Assembly (NCBI GenBank): GCA_951406725.2 | Contig: OX597830.1 | Span: 40,858,001 to 40,922,000, forward strand | Source: Octopus vulgaris | Taxonomy: Eukaryota | DNA: 64,000 nucleotides | Direction: 5' to 3' | In this document: positions 38,150 to 51,162 of the stretch, in pieces | How the letters are laid out: each line of letters begins with the position of its first letter | How positions within the stretch are numbered: position 1 is the stretch's first letter | The notes under the pieces: generated by a model | The model's input: only the letters and a program-made list of their open reading frames with translations | Told to the model about the DNA's origin: nothing | The model's database searches: none | Translations under genes and position numbers: made by a program

Positions 38150-40000
38150 AAGAACAACCAACGCGCACTACATGGATGTGCGGTTTCTGCATTCCTTTAA
38201 TTACTGATGTATCACATGACGGCGAGTTCTCTCCCTTATTTAAACCGGATGTTGAGTTGCAGCATTATTTGTCGAAGAAAGTCTTTGACGCACAGGCCCT
38301 TGGGTTGCTTCTTAAGTCTATTCAACCAACTTCTAAAAGAATTGGCAAAATGTCTTCTTAATCAGTATCTCCCTCTTCGCAGTTAAAACATTGGTCACCA
38401 ACTTTTGAAAACAATTTCACGAGTATTCGAAGCATCAATTTTTTTTTTCATTTCAGTTAGATCATTATGAAATATGCCTTCAATCAACTATCAAAAGCGA
38501 TTAAAGATCATTCTTCCATTACTTTTTATGCCGTGAGACAATTATATTAGTATACAAGTCTTCTATTTGGCTTTATAAATGCAGCGGTAGGTTTTCAAGT
38601 AATGAGACCAAATTATCTTGTAGACCAGGCAAGCGGGATATCTAAAAGTGCAACCCGTCTGATAACAGGCCATGCTTCATGCGGTTCTCTTCTCTAAAAT
38701 GGTTACCCATTTTCTTCCTCCGTCTTTCCTTCTTTGGACTTTTTCTATATTTCTGATGAAAAGCTCCGCTCGAAACGTGAAATCCTCTTTTCTTTCCTTT
38801 CCTGAGCGTCCAATAACACTGTACTTATTCCACGTTGTTGTTTTTTTCTTGCTTGTTCATGTTTGGATAGACTAGCCTTAAATCTACCTATCATATTTAG
38901 ATGATCTCATCGTCTGTCATAACGAAGATCACCACAGAAATCTAGATATTTCTGTCATGTATTAACAATCTCAGTAACTCTTTATCAGGGACAAAATAAA
39001 AGCATCAAATTATTTGGGTATTGCATTGAAGACCACGAAATAACCTATTCTTGATAGGCTGCTGTGTCTTAAAAGTTTTTAAATCCCATTTTCTGGAAAG
39101 GAACATAAAAAAGAAAATCCCTGATTTGCTAATTTATAACAAGTGGGTAGCACTTTTTCTGATAAAGTAAGACCCTTAATGAAATTGACCATAATTCCTA
39201 TTCCTCAAACAGGTGTTGCTGCTTTCAAAAAAATTAAAATGTAAAAAGAAATCTTTGACGACATGCCAATGGAGATCATTAGAAACTGCTATCACATTAT
39301 TTTATCACAACCATCGGAGCGCTTGGAGCTCCTCATGAACTTTTTCTTTATCTGTCACACAGGGGACGGTACAAGGACAAACAAACATAGACGAGTTCGG
39401 GTTTTAACCGTTAATGATTACAGAAATATGAGATAGTAAAAAATAGTTTTTTGAATAAATGAGATTCGATTAAAAAATTGTAAGTTGATTGGGCTGCTAA
39501 GCCCACCGCCATTAACCGACATTCCCTGTTCTACTGAAAAAGATTTCAACATTTTTCGATATGTTCCTGAATTGCATTATCCAAAAATGAGAAGCATATT
39601 TAAAGGCAAAACATTTTCCATTTTCTCCTAAAGATTCTCCTTCAATCTGATATAACTGCCAAATATATTTTACAGTCGTACAGATCAACATGTTTGTAAA
39701 GGTTTCTGGGACGTAAACATTCAGTATCTCCAAATATTGGTTTCGAATTTTAGCACAAGGCCAGCAAGTTCAAGGGAAGGGTAAGTTGATTACAATGACC
39801 CCAGAGCATAACTGGTACTTATTTAATCAACCCCGAATGAATGAAAGAGCATCTCAAAACAAATTTTGTTTATTGGCTGTTGAACATCCACATCACGTTT
39901 TCGATTTTCCTTGTGATATCACTAGAATTATTTACTCTAGCTGGAAATTGCCCAGTTCCAAAGAGAAGGAGGAGATCAATTTTATGTTTGGAAAAAGTAA
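38150..40000 (+). pseudogene. Decayed Ty3/Gypsy pol relic (RT, RT-RNase H linker, possible integrase trace)
   Basis: TFYAVRQLY*YTSLLFGFINAAVGFQVM (about 38520-38605), SYLDDLIVC..HHRNLD (about 38891-38945), SIKLFGYCIE, YNKWVALFSDKVRPLMK..AAFKKIK; interrupted by other repeats. Confidence 0.8.
38690..38870 (+). mobile_element. Penelope-like terminal fragment with decayed minimal hammerhead (38749-38783)
   Basis: ATTT-CTGATGA-A-AAGC-TCC-GCTC-GAAA-CGT-G-AAAT, followed by ttcctgagcg..aata; same family as 63290-63480. Confidence 0.65.
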
Positions 40001-40294
40001 AAGGAATAGATATGGTTTCACTTCATGAATTGCCACAATGATATTATCAGACTTACTGATTCCTGGCTCACTTCCAAATTTCAATTACACTCTTGGCTCT
40101 TATTCTTTGTTTCACAATGCCATTTCTCAACAAAAGGATTATTTCAGTGACAACGATAGCGAGATTGATTTAGTGAGCACTTGCCATCCCCCATCGCTCC
40201 TACTGAGCCTTGTCATACAAAGACAACTTTCAAACCATCTGGAAAAAAATTAGTGACTTCATTATATACAAAATCTATGCTAGACAAACTTTAT

Positions 40295-40855
40295 GGTGTT
40301 GGTACCACGTAAAAAGCAGCCAGTCCATTCTATAAAATGGTTGGCATTAGGAAGGGCATCCAGCCGTAAAGACCACGCCAAAACAGACAGTGTGACTGGA
40401 TTCAGTTCTCTGGCTTGCCAGCTCCTGTCTAACCATCCAGCTCATGCCAGCATGGAAGGCAGACGTTAACTGATGATGAAATATTTAGATTTCGTCATCA
40501 GGAGTGGCTGTGTGGTAAGTAGTTTGTTTACCAACCACATGGTTCCGGGTTCAGTCCCACTGCGTGGCACCTTGGGCCGACCAAAGCCTTGTGAGTGGAT
40601 TTGGTAGACGGAAGCTGAAAGAAGCCCGTCGTATATATGTATATATATGCGTGTGTGTTTGTCCCCCTAGCATTGCTTGACAACCGATGCTGGTGTGTTT
40701 ATGTCCCCGTTACTTAGCGGTTCGGCAAAAGAGACCGTTAGAATAAGTACTGGGCTTACAAAAGAATAAGTCCCGGGGTCGAGTTGCTCGATTAAAGGCG
40801 GTGCTCCAGCATGGCCGCAGTCAAATGACTGAAACAAGTAAAAGAGAAAAGAGAG
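40295..40855 (+). mobile_element. Family D tail followed by a young family B SINE (40501-40855)
   Basis: Consensus matches; the B copy has a short deletion in the CORE-like part. Confidence 0.88.
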
Positions 40856-41163
40856 ATTAAAAAATCCAATTCCAGATTGGAGCAATACGATGTATGCTAA
40901 TTCTACAATTCCGTAAACTTATTTTCCTTCTTTTTTCTTTTTTTCCAGAGTCATGGTGATTCTAGCTTCTTTTAAGAAATATGTCACATGATGAGCCCCT
41001 ACTCTTGCTTACTTGAGCCAATTATTGTTTTATGTTGCAGCAGTATTAGTTGCATAAAGTCTCTTGACATTATTCTTACAATATATGGCAGTCGTTCAAT
41101 TTATGAATATATTATAATGGTGGACAATAAAGTGAAAAGTGCAATAAAATCAGTCACCCGCAA

Positions 41164-41229
<66 letters not shown>

Positions 41230-41237
41230 CGAAAAAC

Positions 41238-42850
41238 GCAGTGGTGGTTGTGGAGTAAGAAGCTTGCTTCCCAACCATAAGTTTCTGAGTTCAGACCCAC
41301 TGCGTGACACCTTAGGCAAGAGTTATCTACTAAAGCCCTGTGAGTGGATATGGTAGACGGAAATTGAAAGAAGCCCGTTATACGCGAATGCATGTGTGTA
41401 TGTGTATATGAGCGCGCATCTTTGTGTTTGTCGCCTGCCACTAATGCTTGATAGCCGGTCTTGCTTTGTTTACATCACCGTAAGCTAGAGGTTCGACAAA
41501 AGAAACGAATAAGCACTCGATTGATAAGTTCGACTAAAATTCAATGCGGTGCCCCAGCATGGCCGCAGTCTAATGACTGAAAGAAGCAAAAGATAAAATT
41601 AAGTTCCATGCATGATGCAATATCTACTTTTGATAAAATTCCATGTCCTTTCTATTATGTTTATGAATGTTACATCATAGGGATCAACGAAATGAACGAT
41701 CTGAAGAGAAGAATTTTTTTTTTCTTTCCTTCACTCATGAAGGCGGCGAGCTGGCAGAATCGTTAGCACGCCGGGCGAAATGTTTAGTGGTATTTCGTCT
41801 GCCGCTACGTTCTGAGTTCAAATTCCGCCGAGGTCGACTTTGCCTTTCATCCTTTCGGGGTCGATAAATTAAGTACCAGTTACGCACTGGGGTCGATATA
41901 ATCGACTTAATCCGTGTGTCTGTCCTTGTTTGACCCCTCTGTGTGTAGCCCCTTGTAGGTAGTAAAGAAATAAGTATTTCGTCTGCCGTTACGTTCTGAG
42001 TTCAAATTCCGCCGAGGTCGACTTTGCCTTTCATCCTTTTGGGGTCGATTAAATAAGTACCAGTTACGCACTGGGGTCGAAGTAATCGACTTAATCCCCT
42101 CCCCCGAGCTTCTGGTGAATCAACAAATACATATACAGGCATGGCTGTGTGGTAAGTAGCTTGCTTACCAATGGTTCCGGGTTCAGTCCCACTACGTCGC
42201 ACCTTGAGCAAGTGTCTTCTATAGCCTTGGGCTGACCAAATCCTTGTGAGTGGATTTGGTAGACGGAAACTGAAAGAAGCCCGTCGAATATATAAGGTGT
42301 GTGCGCGTGTATATGTTTTGCGTGTCTGTGTTTGTCCACCTACTCACCATTGCTTGACAATCGATGCTGGTGCGTTTACGTCCCCCGTAACTTAGCGGTT
42401 CGGCAAAAAAAACACCGATAGAATAAGTACTAGGCTCACAAAGAATAAGTCCTGGGGTTGACTTGCTCGACTAAAGGCGGTGCTCCAGCATGGCCACAGT
42501 CAAATGACTGAAACAAGTAAAAGAGTAAAAAAGAGTAATTCCTCGTCATATCGCGGTTTATTATTAAAGCTTACGCCGATTCCTCCATGGTGTTGTTTTG
42601 CATTTATAATAGAATGGAATGGAAGCACTCCGTCGGTTACGATGACGCGGGTTCCGGTTGATCCGAATCAACGGAACAGCCTGCTCGTGAAATTAACGTG
42701 TAAGTGGCTGAGCACTCCACAGACACGTGCACCCTTAACGTACTTCTCGGGGATATTCAGCGTGACACAGAGAGTGACAAGGCCGGCCCCTTGAAATACA
42801 GGTACAACAGAAACAGGAAGTAAGAGTGAGAGAAAGTTGTGGTGAAAGAG
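41238..42850 (+). mobile_element. SINE cluster: B (41238-41598), A dimer (41740-42115), B (42136-42537), C tail on minus (42618-42850)
   Basis: High-identity, CpG-intact matches to the family consensus sequences. Confidence 0.9.
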
Positions 42851-45800
42851 TATTATAATAGAATAAATATATGCAAACAATAATAATTAATTCGTTTATT
42901 GGCCACAAGGGCTGACAAAAATTAATTAAAATATAAGGGGACAAAACACAGGACGAAAGTTTAAAAGTGTTTAGTTACGTGGAAATTATTTTTAAAAACT
43001 GCCGTTCAAACCGAAAAGATCTATAGCTGCTATTTTTAGCGGGTCGATAGTTTGTGTAGAGGCATCTTCGTTGGTTCGTGTGAACACGTTGATTTGAACA
43101 AAAAATAAATAAATAAATAAATAAAAACTTAATTTCTACGCAGTAACTCGACTCGCAGAAATAGCAGTCGAACCGCCTCAAACAAACGATACCCATCTTA
43201 AAAGGAACACTTGTCTGGCATGTTTTTGGTCGGCACACTTTCAGAGGTACACCCAACAGATTTTGTTTCCCATAACTTTAAGAAGAATTGTTATTTTTCA
43301 ATGAAATTTTCTACGAATTCTTTCAGACGGTGTGGATTACAATTATATTGGAATTTAACGTAAAAATTTATTTTAATGAGCAGACGCATAAATACTGACT
43401 ACACATATATATATATCTACAAAATGAAACTTTAAAATTATTAGAAAATTATGGAGACATGTGTCAGTATATGTTGTGTGGGCGCCCACCAATTTTTATG
43501 CGAAACATCGCCTTTTTTTCTTTTCGGAATCTACATCAGCTAAAAGATCCCTGTAGAAAATTTCATTACGAAATACCAATTTTTCTGAAAGTTACGGGGG
43601 TGCGGAATAAAATGGGGCGCAATTGTGTAGGTATGCCGACTACTTTCCTTTTCGTTCCATCCATGGAACGTCAACCCTCTCTGTCTACGTTTTTCCTGTG
43701 ACGTTCAAAGAGAATATTAACCGTGCTGACCTGTCTTGAAGGGCTTGTGAAGAACATGAACACAAACTCTTCCTCCTTAACCAACGAATAAACCTCAACG
43801 CAGACGTTTGACTTGCTAGAGATAGCAGCCAAATCTCATTCAACTTACACTCACAAATCGTAAACAAGGAAAATTAATGTTTAATTACGTAGTCATTAAC
43901 ATCCTTAAGAAGACGATATATTCGTAGCTGAAACGGCTCTGGTCATTATAAGGGTCAGCTGAGGTTTAAAAGGTGAAAGAACTTCAAACAAGGATATATA
44001 TTTTGTTCCATACTTTAGAAAATAAATACGTTAAATAATTGAATAAACCTTCAGAAGACTAATCTTTGAGAAATTAGCTACACGTGTTATTTATTTCGTG
44101 ACATCCACTTAAGGTGAGACATGTACTTCACCGAAATAACACCAAATGTTGATTAGGCTTCCTTATTTGCTACAACAGGCCCTTAAAATGGTTAATGCCA
44201 ATTTCAATTGTCGAATATATGTGGTTGTTTTCGTTTTTACTTTATATCTTTTATTGGTTTCAGTCATTTGGTTGCGACCACGCTACAGCTCCGCCCTGGG
44301 CTGTTTAGTCGAATAAATCAACCACAGTACATGTTTTTTTCTTTTTTAAATTCTGGTACTTAGTCTATCAATCATTTTGCCGAACAGCTAAGTCTGAGGT
44401 GGGGGACGTAAACAAACTAGCGCCGGTGTTTCGTCAGCTCGGAGCTGCTGTAGAAAATACTTGCCCAATGTGTCACGCCGATAGAGCTGAACCCAGAGCC
44501 ATGTGGTTGGAAAGCAAACTGCTCACCATATAACCACACCTGTGTCATTTTTAGAGGTTTGGTGGACATCATTCACCCACACAACCTACCCTCATCGCAC
44601 ATAAAGAGGCTAGGCTGAAAAAGAGTGTAACTGACATCGTCTCTTCATACCGACACACTGGATATCAATACCGAAGGACCGTCGCGATTGAATTATAGGA
44701 GAACAAAATCCAAAATATTAGTATGAAAGAATTATCTGAGATTTTCAACGTAAATATTATTTAAAATGGTCATCCATAAGTTTAGAACTTTACTTTCACT
44801 TTTCCCACATGTCAGACTCCAATTTTCTCCGACCGGTGGGTCTGTTTTCCCAATATGAATATTGTTTTTCAATAATGGTTAATGTTGTCGAGTCGGAATG
44901 TTTAATGTGCCCAACCAAAACATCTGAATTTTTTTTTCCCTTATATAAGAAAATATAATAAATTTTATTCAACCAGAATTGAAAAGAACGAAAAAGTATA
45001 TAAATGAAATAAAACATCTTTTTTTAGAGAGCAACGGGAGAGGAGTTTATACTTTAAGTAAACAAAATAGTTTAAACTGATTAATAAACAAAATTGACTA
45101 AGTAATTTTATAATACCAAAGTACAATTAATATTATAAAAAATATTAATAGAAAAAATATTGGCTTGAATTTATAGATTTACCTCGGTTAAAAAGCTGTC
45201 CTCTTGACATTTAAAAACCATTTTAAAATAGATATATATAATTGTATATCCTCAACATTAAATGATATTGTATTCTAGAGTACATGCAATTAGAGGGGAA
45301 AAACACCGGGTACAATAATTCCTAACATCCGGTCCGGTTTGGTTACAATTCTTACCGATGCGGAAGGTTAATAGAAAGCTAATTTCTCAGCCTTACGAGA
45401 ATTAGAATTATTAATCAATTATGAAAAACACAATATGTATATTTGGCTTTATGTTTTTTGAACGATATATTATAAAAGAAATTATAAAAATATATCAAAA
45501 AGAAATATTATGGAGATGTAAACAATTTTTTTAAATTAGGTGAAAATGTTTAAAATGCTTAAAAATTCGAAAGGAAACTGAAATAGTCATCTTTTAGGTA
45601 ATAAATTTAAATTATTCTGATTCAAAAGGTTTTATTTTCATTTCATACGATTTCACAGAATTTTATAAAACTGCTTTCAAACACAGTTACGTTTTCCTTG
45701 TTTGACTGCATTTCCATTACTTAGCAACAATGTCAACTATTAGATTCTATCTGTACCACTTGGATAATGTGAACAAAATTTAGACACCTTCTTTATTAAA

Positions 45801-45871
45801 AAATAAACTGAAACAAAGGATCGTTATTTGTTTTAGTATAGAAATATTTAAAATTGATAATCAAAATAGAA

Positions 45872-46092
45872 TATTACCCACAAGGGGCTAAACATAGAGG
45901 GGACGAACAAGGACAGACAAAGGGATTAAGTCGATTACATCGAACCAGTGCGTAACTGGTACTTAATTTATCGACCCCGAAAGGATGAAAGGCAAAGTCG
46001 ATCGCGGCGGAATTTGAACTCAGAACGTAACGGTAGACGAAATACGGCTACGATTTCGCCCAGCGTGCTAACGTTTCTGCCAGCTCGCCACC
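45872..46092 (-). mobile_element. Young family A SINE
   Basis: Reverse complement of 41740-41970; flanked by atagaatatta/ataggatatta. Confidence 0.9.
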
Positions 46093-48524
46093 TATAGGAT
46101 ATTATCAATACTTGCATTTTTTTAAAAATCCTATTCAACATTTTTACTTTGGTTTGCTTTTGTGAGTGAACTGTATACTATAGTATTTTAGTCTAATCTT
46201 AATGTTTACCAAAATTAAAATTACATTTTACATACACTGATTTTAATTATGGTGCTGCAGCAAAGCCAGGAATCGAAACCTTACTGCTTTAGTAACTAGT
46301 ATTAGACCCCACCTAGGATCTGGTGACTTGCTGTGAATATCAACCAATCAGCTTGCAGAAATATCCCCCCCTATTATAGAATATTCTATTTTGTTCCAGA
46401 GTTTCCCACGTTAAAGGGTTTTATAAGTAACAACATGGGCAAGCACAGACAGCAAGCACTTTATGTAGACAAGTTTCCTTGGTTGCAGTTCAGCCTCGGG
46501 CTAAAGAGATCGTTGAGTGGGAAGAACTGAGTATTTTTCCACCCGTCACACGATGTAAAGATTTGTTGCAAAAGAATTTTCCGAGGAGCTGGGGAGAGGA
46601 GTTTTGGAAAATTCTCAGAACCTGACATTTTCCCCCTCATAACTTTCTGAATGAAATTTTGTGCAAATACCTTTTAGACTGTGTAGATTACGCTTACAAA
46701 GAAATTTGTAGGCAAAATTTTTGTAAGTGGCGGTGGAGAGTTTCCGGGAAACGGAGTTTCGGATCAGACAGCCCATGTAATTTGGAACTTCTCCATTTCG
46801 GCGGGGATTTTTTCTAATGTTTTTCACCAAAGTTTTCAGAATGGTGGGAGGAATGTTTTCACAAAAAAAAGAAAATTTTCAAAATTTTATTTTTTCATTC
46901 CCTTCACCCCCTCAACACCCCAGTCCAAAACGATTTTGGCCATTTTTTTTTTACTACATACTTAAAACCCGTGAGAGAAACAGTTTCGGTTTCATAATTT
47001 CAGAGGAAAATGTGTGATTTTTAGAGAGATCTGGCTGTTGTTTCTAGCACATCCCCAAAACCTCCCTCCTTGTTTTTTTCTCACTCATACATCTATTGAT
47101 ATTTTTCAATATATTTCTTCACCTAAACAAATTTTATGGAGCGATGATGTCAAAGTAACACACATGTAGTCCCAACTGAGCGAGGCCGTGTTATGTGTGC
47201 ATATGTAAGAAAAAACAACACCTAAAAACATCTTTAGTGCTCATATTAACCTGTCAGATGTAATGCGTGTTTGTTCACATTATTTTGACTTATTCAGGTT
47301 CAAGAGGGGTGTCCACAATATTTGCTTGTAACTTTGTAAATTTTTTGCATACAGATTTGCAATTTTGTCAGTGGGTGCTTTATATACCACTGGTTTATAG
47401 TTATGTAATTTTAGCTGATCTTACTGAGTGAATTTGAATTTTATGAGCCAGTAAATTTAAATTAACAGGTGTAAAAGCAATAACATTATGGATAAACACT
47501 AAAACTGAAATTCTGAATGCATCCTACCTGTTTGATTTGGTATTAAAATTATCTCAGATGGCAACCTACAAAGATTTGGCCACTTTTCAAGATGAAGTAC
47601 ATTAATTTGAATTAATTTAAAATACAGGTAAAATCGGTAAAAGCATTTTTCTTTCAGTAAATATTTTGTACCTCGATATGGAATAATTTTTTTCCACAGT
47701 TTTTTTTTTTTGATGCATTCAATGTATCAAACCCATCACAATCCACTTTTTTTCTGGAAGAGAAAGGTGGGAGGGGTGCTGGGGACCTCGAAGTTTCCCA
47801 CCAATGGAGGTTTGTTTTTCGTGGATCTTTTTTACTTTTCAAGGTTATTTTGCATGCTTTCAATGAATGTGACATTGAAATGGCACATAAACGGCTCTTT
47901 TACCCAGAAAAGGAAAGATTTGGCTGCTATTTCTAGCATGCCCTGCTACAAGGTAACAGCTATTTGCATTCCCACTGAAATATTTGTGTTCACACCGAAA
48001 TATTTACATTCACACCAAAAAATATTTACCAACTTTTTTCCTTCCATTTATTTTTTCCACTTTATGAAAGTCAATATTTTCTCTGTTGACACCCTCCTCA
48101 GTGAGGTTATTGCTCAAGTTGAAACACATCAATCACTGTCCCCTCTTGACAGGACAAAGCAATTTCCCGCTGTCTTTGCAAGCAACAAGCGGGTGGATTT
48201 GGTTTCAAATCCAGGCAGGGCTAAACGAGGTCCTACAAGTTGTTTATAATAATAAGTGGCGTCATATCGGGGTTGAAAGAATGACGCGTACAATATCAAA
48301 TATGCTAAGACAATCTGAAAACAATGAAACTTTTAAACGTTTACTTGTTTTTATGAAATTTTGAGGTTAATGGACTTGAGTTAGCTAAATGTAACAGAAG
48401 TTAATTAGTCCGATAATGATTTTCAAAGTTAACTTGGAAGTTAAATCATTTACGAAAATGTTAACTTTGTTAATTAAGGATTAACAGATTAACGGACTTA
48501 CGCCCAGCTCTGTATATGTGTATA

Positions 48525-49301
48525 CTAGCTGACGTACCGTTCTCATAATTATTTCATTAATCCAATAACAACAATACAAATTATGTAGCCCTTTAAACGG
48601 TTTTTGTGCATTTACAGAGAATATCAAACTGCCTTACATAGTTTTTAGGAATTCCCAATAAGTTATGAATACTGAAATTGTGAAGTCAGTTATGTAATAG
48701 CATGAAATTAGTTACTTGATAGTAAGAATTCAAAAATAGTAGCCCGAAAAGGGCTTTAATGCATTCCCAGAGTATATAGAACATAGGAGGAAATACTAAT
48801 AAAGTATGTATACTAAAATCGTGAAGCATGTTATGTAATAACAGGCTAGTCAGATATGAGATAATAACAATTCAAAGTAAATAACCCCGAAAAGGGCTTT
48901 TGTGCATTCCCAGAGAATATTACCCTTTGGGGCACTAGTGTTGGTATATTTGTGAATAATTCACGAACCGAAATAAGTGGGTCTATTGTTTAGGAAAATA
49001 CTATTCACTTGTTTAAGGGTTGTACTGGATAAATTGCGAAAATAACTCTAACAGTTAAAATACTAAGAAATAAACATACTCAATAATTTAGGAAAATGAA
49101 TGGGTTATTTCCCTTGGTTTTTAAAACAAAATAGATTAGATATATATAAGTATCCCTTCGAGGGGCCCTATTATCGTTTTTTTTCAACAACCTGAGTATG
49201 CCACGAGGTTTCCAGACATTCTCAAATGTCAAGTTTCATCAAAATTAGCTAACAACTCCACAAACACACTTATAAACAGAATTTCCCACATATGTAGTAG
49301 A
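48525..49301 (-). mobile_element. Non-autonomous Helitron with internal ~140-bp tandem repeats
   Basis: Minus strand starts TC(TACTAC..), ends ..ACGGTACGTCAGCTAG between A and T; shares tgtcaagtttcatca with 7260-7639; gcccgaaaagggcttt..gcattcccagag repeated. Confidence 0.7.
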
Positions 49302-49556
49302 TATGTGAGTGTGTGTGTGTATCAGATTATTTCTTCCATTCAGAAAAGATGATTGCCCTCTAAAATATAATATGGTGCAGTATACTATTAAAATAACCAG
49401 GAATTTATCCTCTCCTCTGCAACAGTAGTTTTGTAAATATTGTGATATATTCCTGTATAAAAAATGTTATTTAAATAACGTTAACCTTACATCATACCAA
49501 TATATCAATCCTTGTCTTCCACAGTGTTCTTTCAATATGTGTGTGTGTGTGTGTGT

Positions 49557-49588
<32 letters not shown>

Positions 49589-49756
49589 GTATATATATTA
49601 GTGCTGTTGACACCGCGGGATTGAATGGTACTACATAGGTGTTGAAACCAGAATGATATCCGTGGGGCAGCTGATGATGGAGGTATGTTGGATTGTTGGT
49701 ATGGCTGTAGAATAGTATTATAGAACATTCTTTTAATATATATGTGTGTGTGCGTG

Positions 49757-49831
<75 letters not shown>

Positions 49832-50593
49832 CCACAGTAATACTTCACTTTACGAAAACCTGCTTTACAAGACCTTGGGCTTTCGAGGTGTTTTTCAAGT
49901 ACAAGATCCAAATTTTGAACGAAGTGCAAACATTTCTACTACAATAACAAATGCTTCGGCATGTTACTGAGAGTGAAAAAAAGCTTCTCTAGACTTCCTT
50001 TCAAAAAAGAAATCTACAACTCCGTCTATGAGTGCTTGTGAATCGGTGTGCGTGAGCTTAGTGCAAGTGAAAGTCGTTCAGAAAATGATTATAATTCTTT
50101 TATTTGTTTGTTTCAGACATTTTACTGCAGCCATGCTGGAGCGCTGCCTTTAGTCGAATAAATCAACCCCAGGACTTATTCTTTGTAAGCCTAATACTTA
50201 TACTATCGATCTCTTTTGCCGAACCACTAAGTTATGGGTACGTAAACACACCAACATCAGTTGTCAAGTGATGGTGGGGAGAAAACACAGATACACACAC
50301 ACACATATACATACATATATACAACAGGCTTCTCTCAGTTTCCATCTACGAAATGCACTCACAAGAGAGCTAATAATGCCGTTGTTGGCAAAGCCCTTAC
50401 CCATCAATGATTAGTGTCTTCTGACTTATAATCAGAAACAGATAAGGTTTGTATTTAAAGGAGCAGTGTTTTGCCAGCATGCCTTCATGCTTACATGACG
50501 TTGGTCCCAGTGTTGGAGTCAACTTTACTCAAATCTTTGAACTGAGGAGCAACAGAACTGGCACCAGGTCAGGTGTTCTGATGCTTTGTTCAT

Positions 50594-50776
<183 letters not shown>

Positions 50777-50778
50777 GT

Positions 50779-51162
50779 GGAGGCGCAATGGCCCAGTGGT
50801 TAGGGCAGCGGACTCGCGGTCATAGGATTGCGGTTTCGATTCCCAGACCGTGCGTTGTGAGTGTTTATTGAGCGAAAACACCTAAAGCTCCACGATGCTC
50901 CGGCAGGGGATGGTGGTGATCCCTGCTGTACTCTTTCACCACAACTTTCTCTCACTCTTACTTCCTGTTTCTGTTGTACCTGTATTTCAAAGGGCCGGCC
51001 TTGTCACTCTCTGTGTCACGCTGAATATCCCCGAGAACTACGTTAAGGGTACGCGTGTCTGTGGAGTGCTCAGCCAGTTACACGTTAATTTCACGAGCAG
51101 GCTGTTCCGTTGATTCGGATCAACCAGAAAGTCGTCGTAACCGACGGAGTGCTTCCATCCAT
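50779..51162 (+). mobile_element. Full-length family C tRNA-derived SINE
   Basis: A box tggcccagtgg, B-box-like gtttcgattcc, (ccat)n tail; 3' part near-identical to the reverse complement of 42618-42850. Confidence 0.9.

Noticed and set aside
46296-47030. Fourth Helitron (CTAG..GA ends)
   Set aside because: No convincing 3' hairpin, and the right end belongs to a different dispersed repeat (gagatttggctgctatttctagc family, also near 22600, 31620, 47920, 53830 and 61650).
47710-48249. 179-aa ORF
   Set aside because: No recognisable motif, non-ATG start, and it runs through a dispersed repeat fragment.
50779-50850. tRNA gene
   Set aside because: A/B boxes are present but there is no acceptor stem, and the sequence continues into a SINE body found elsewhere in the window.
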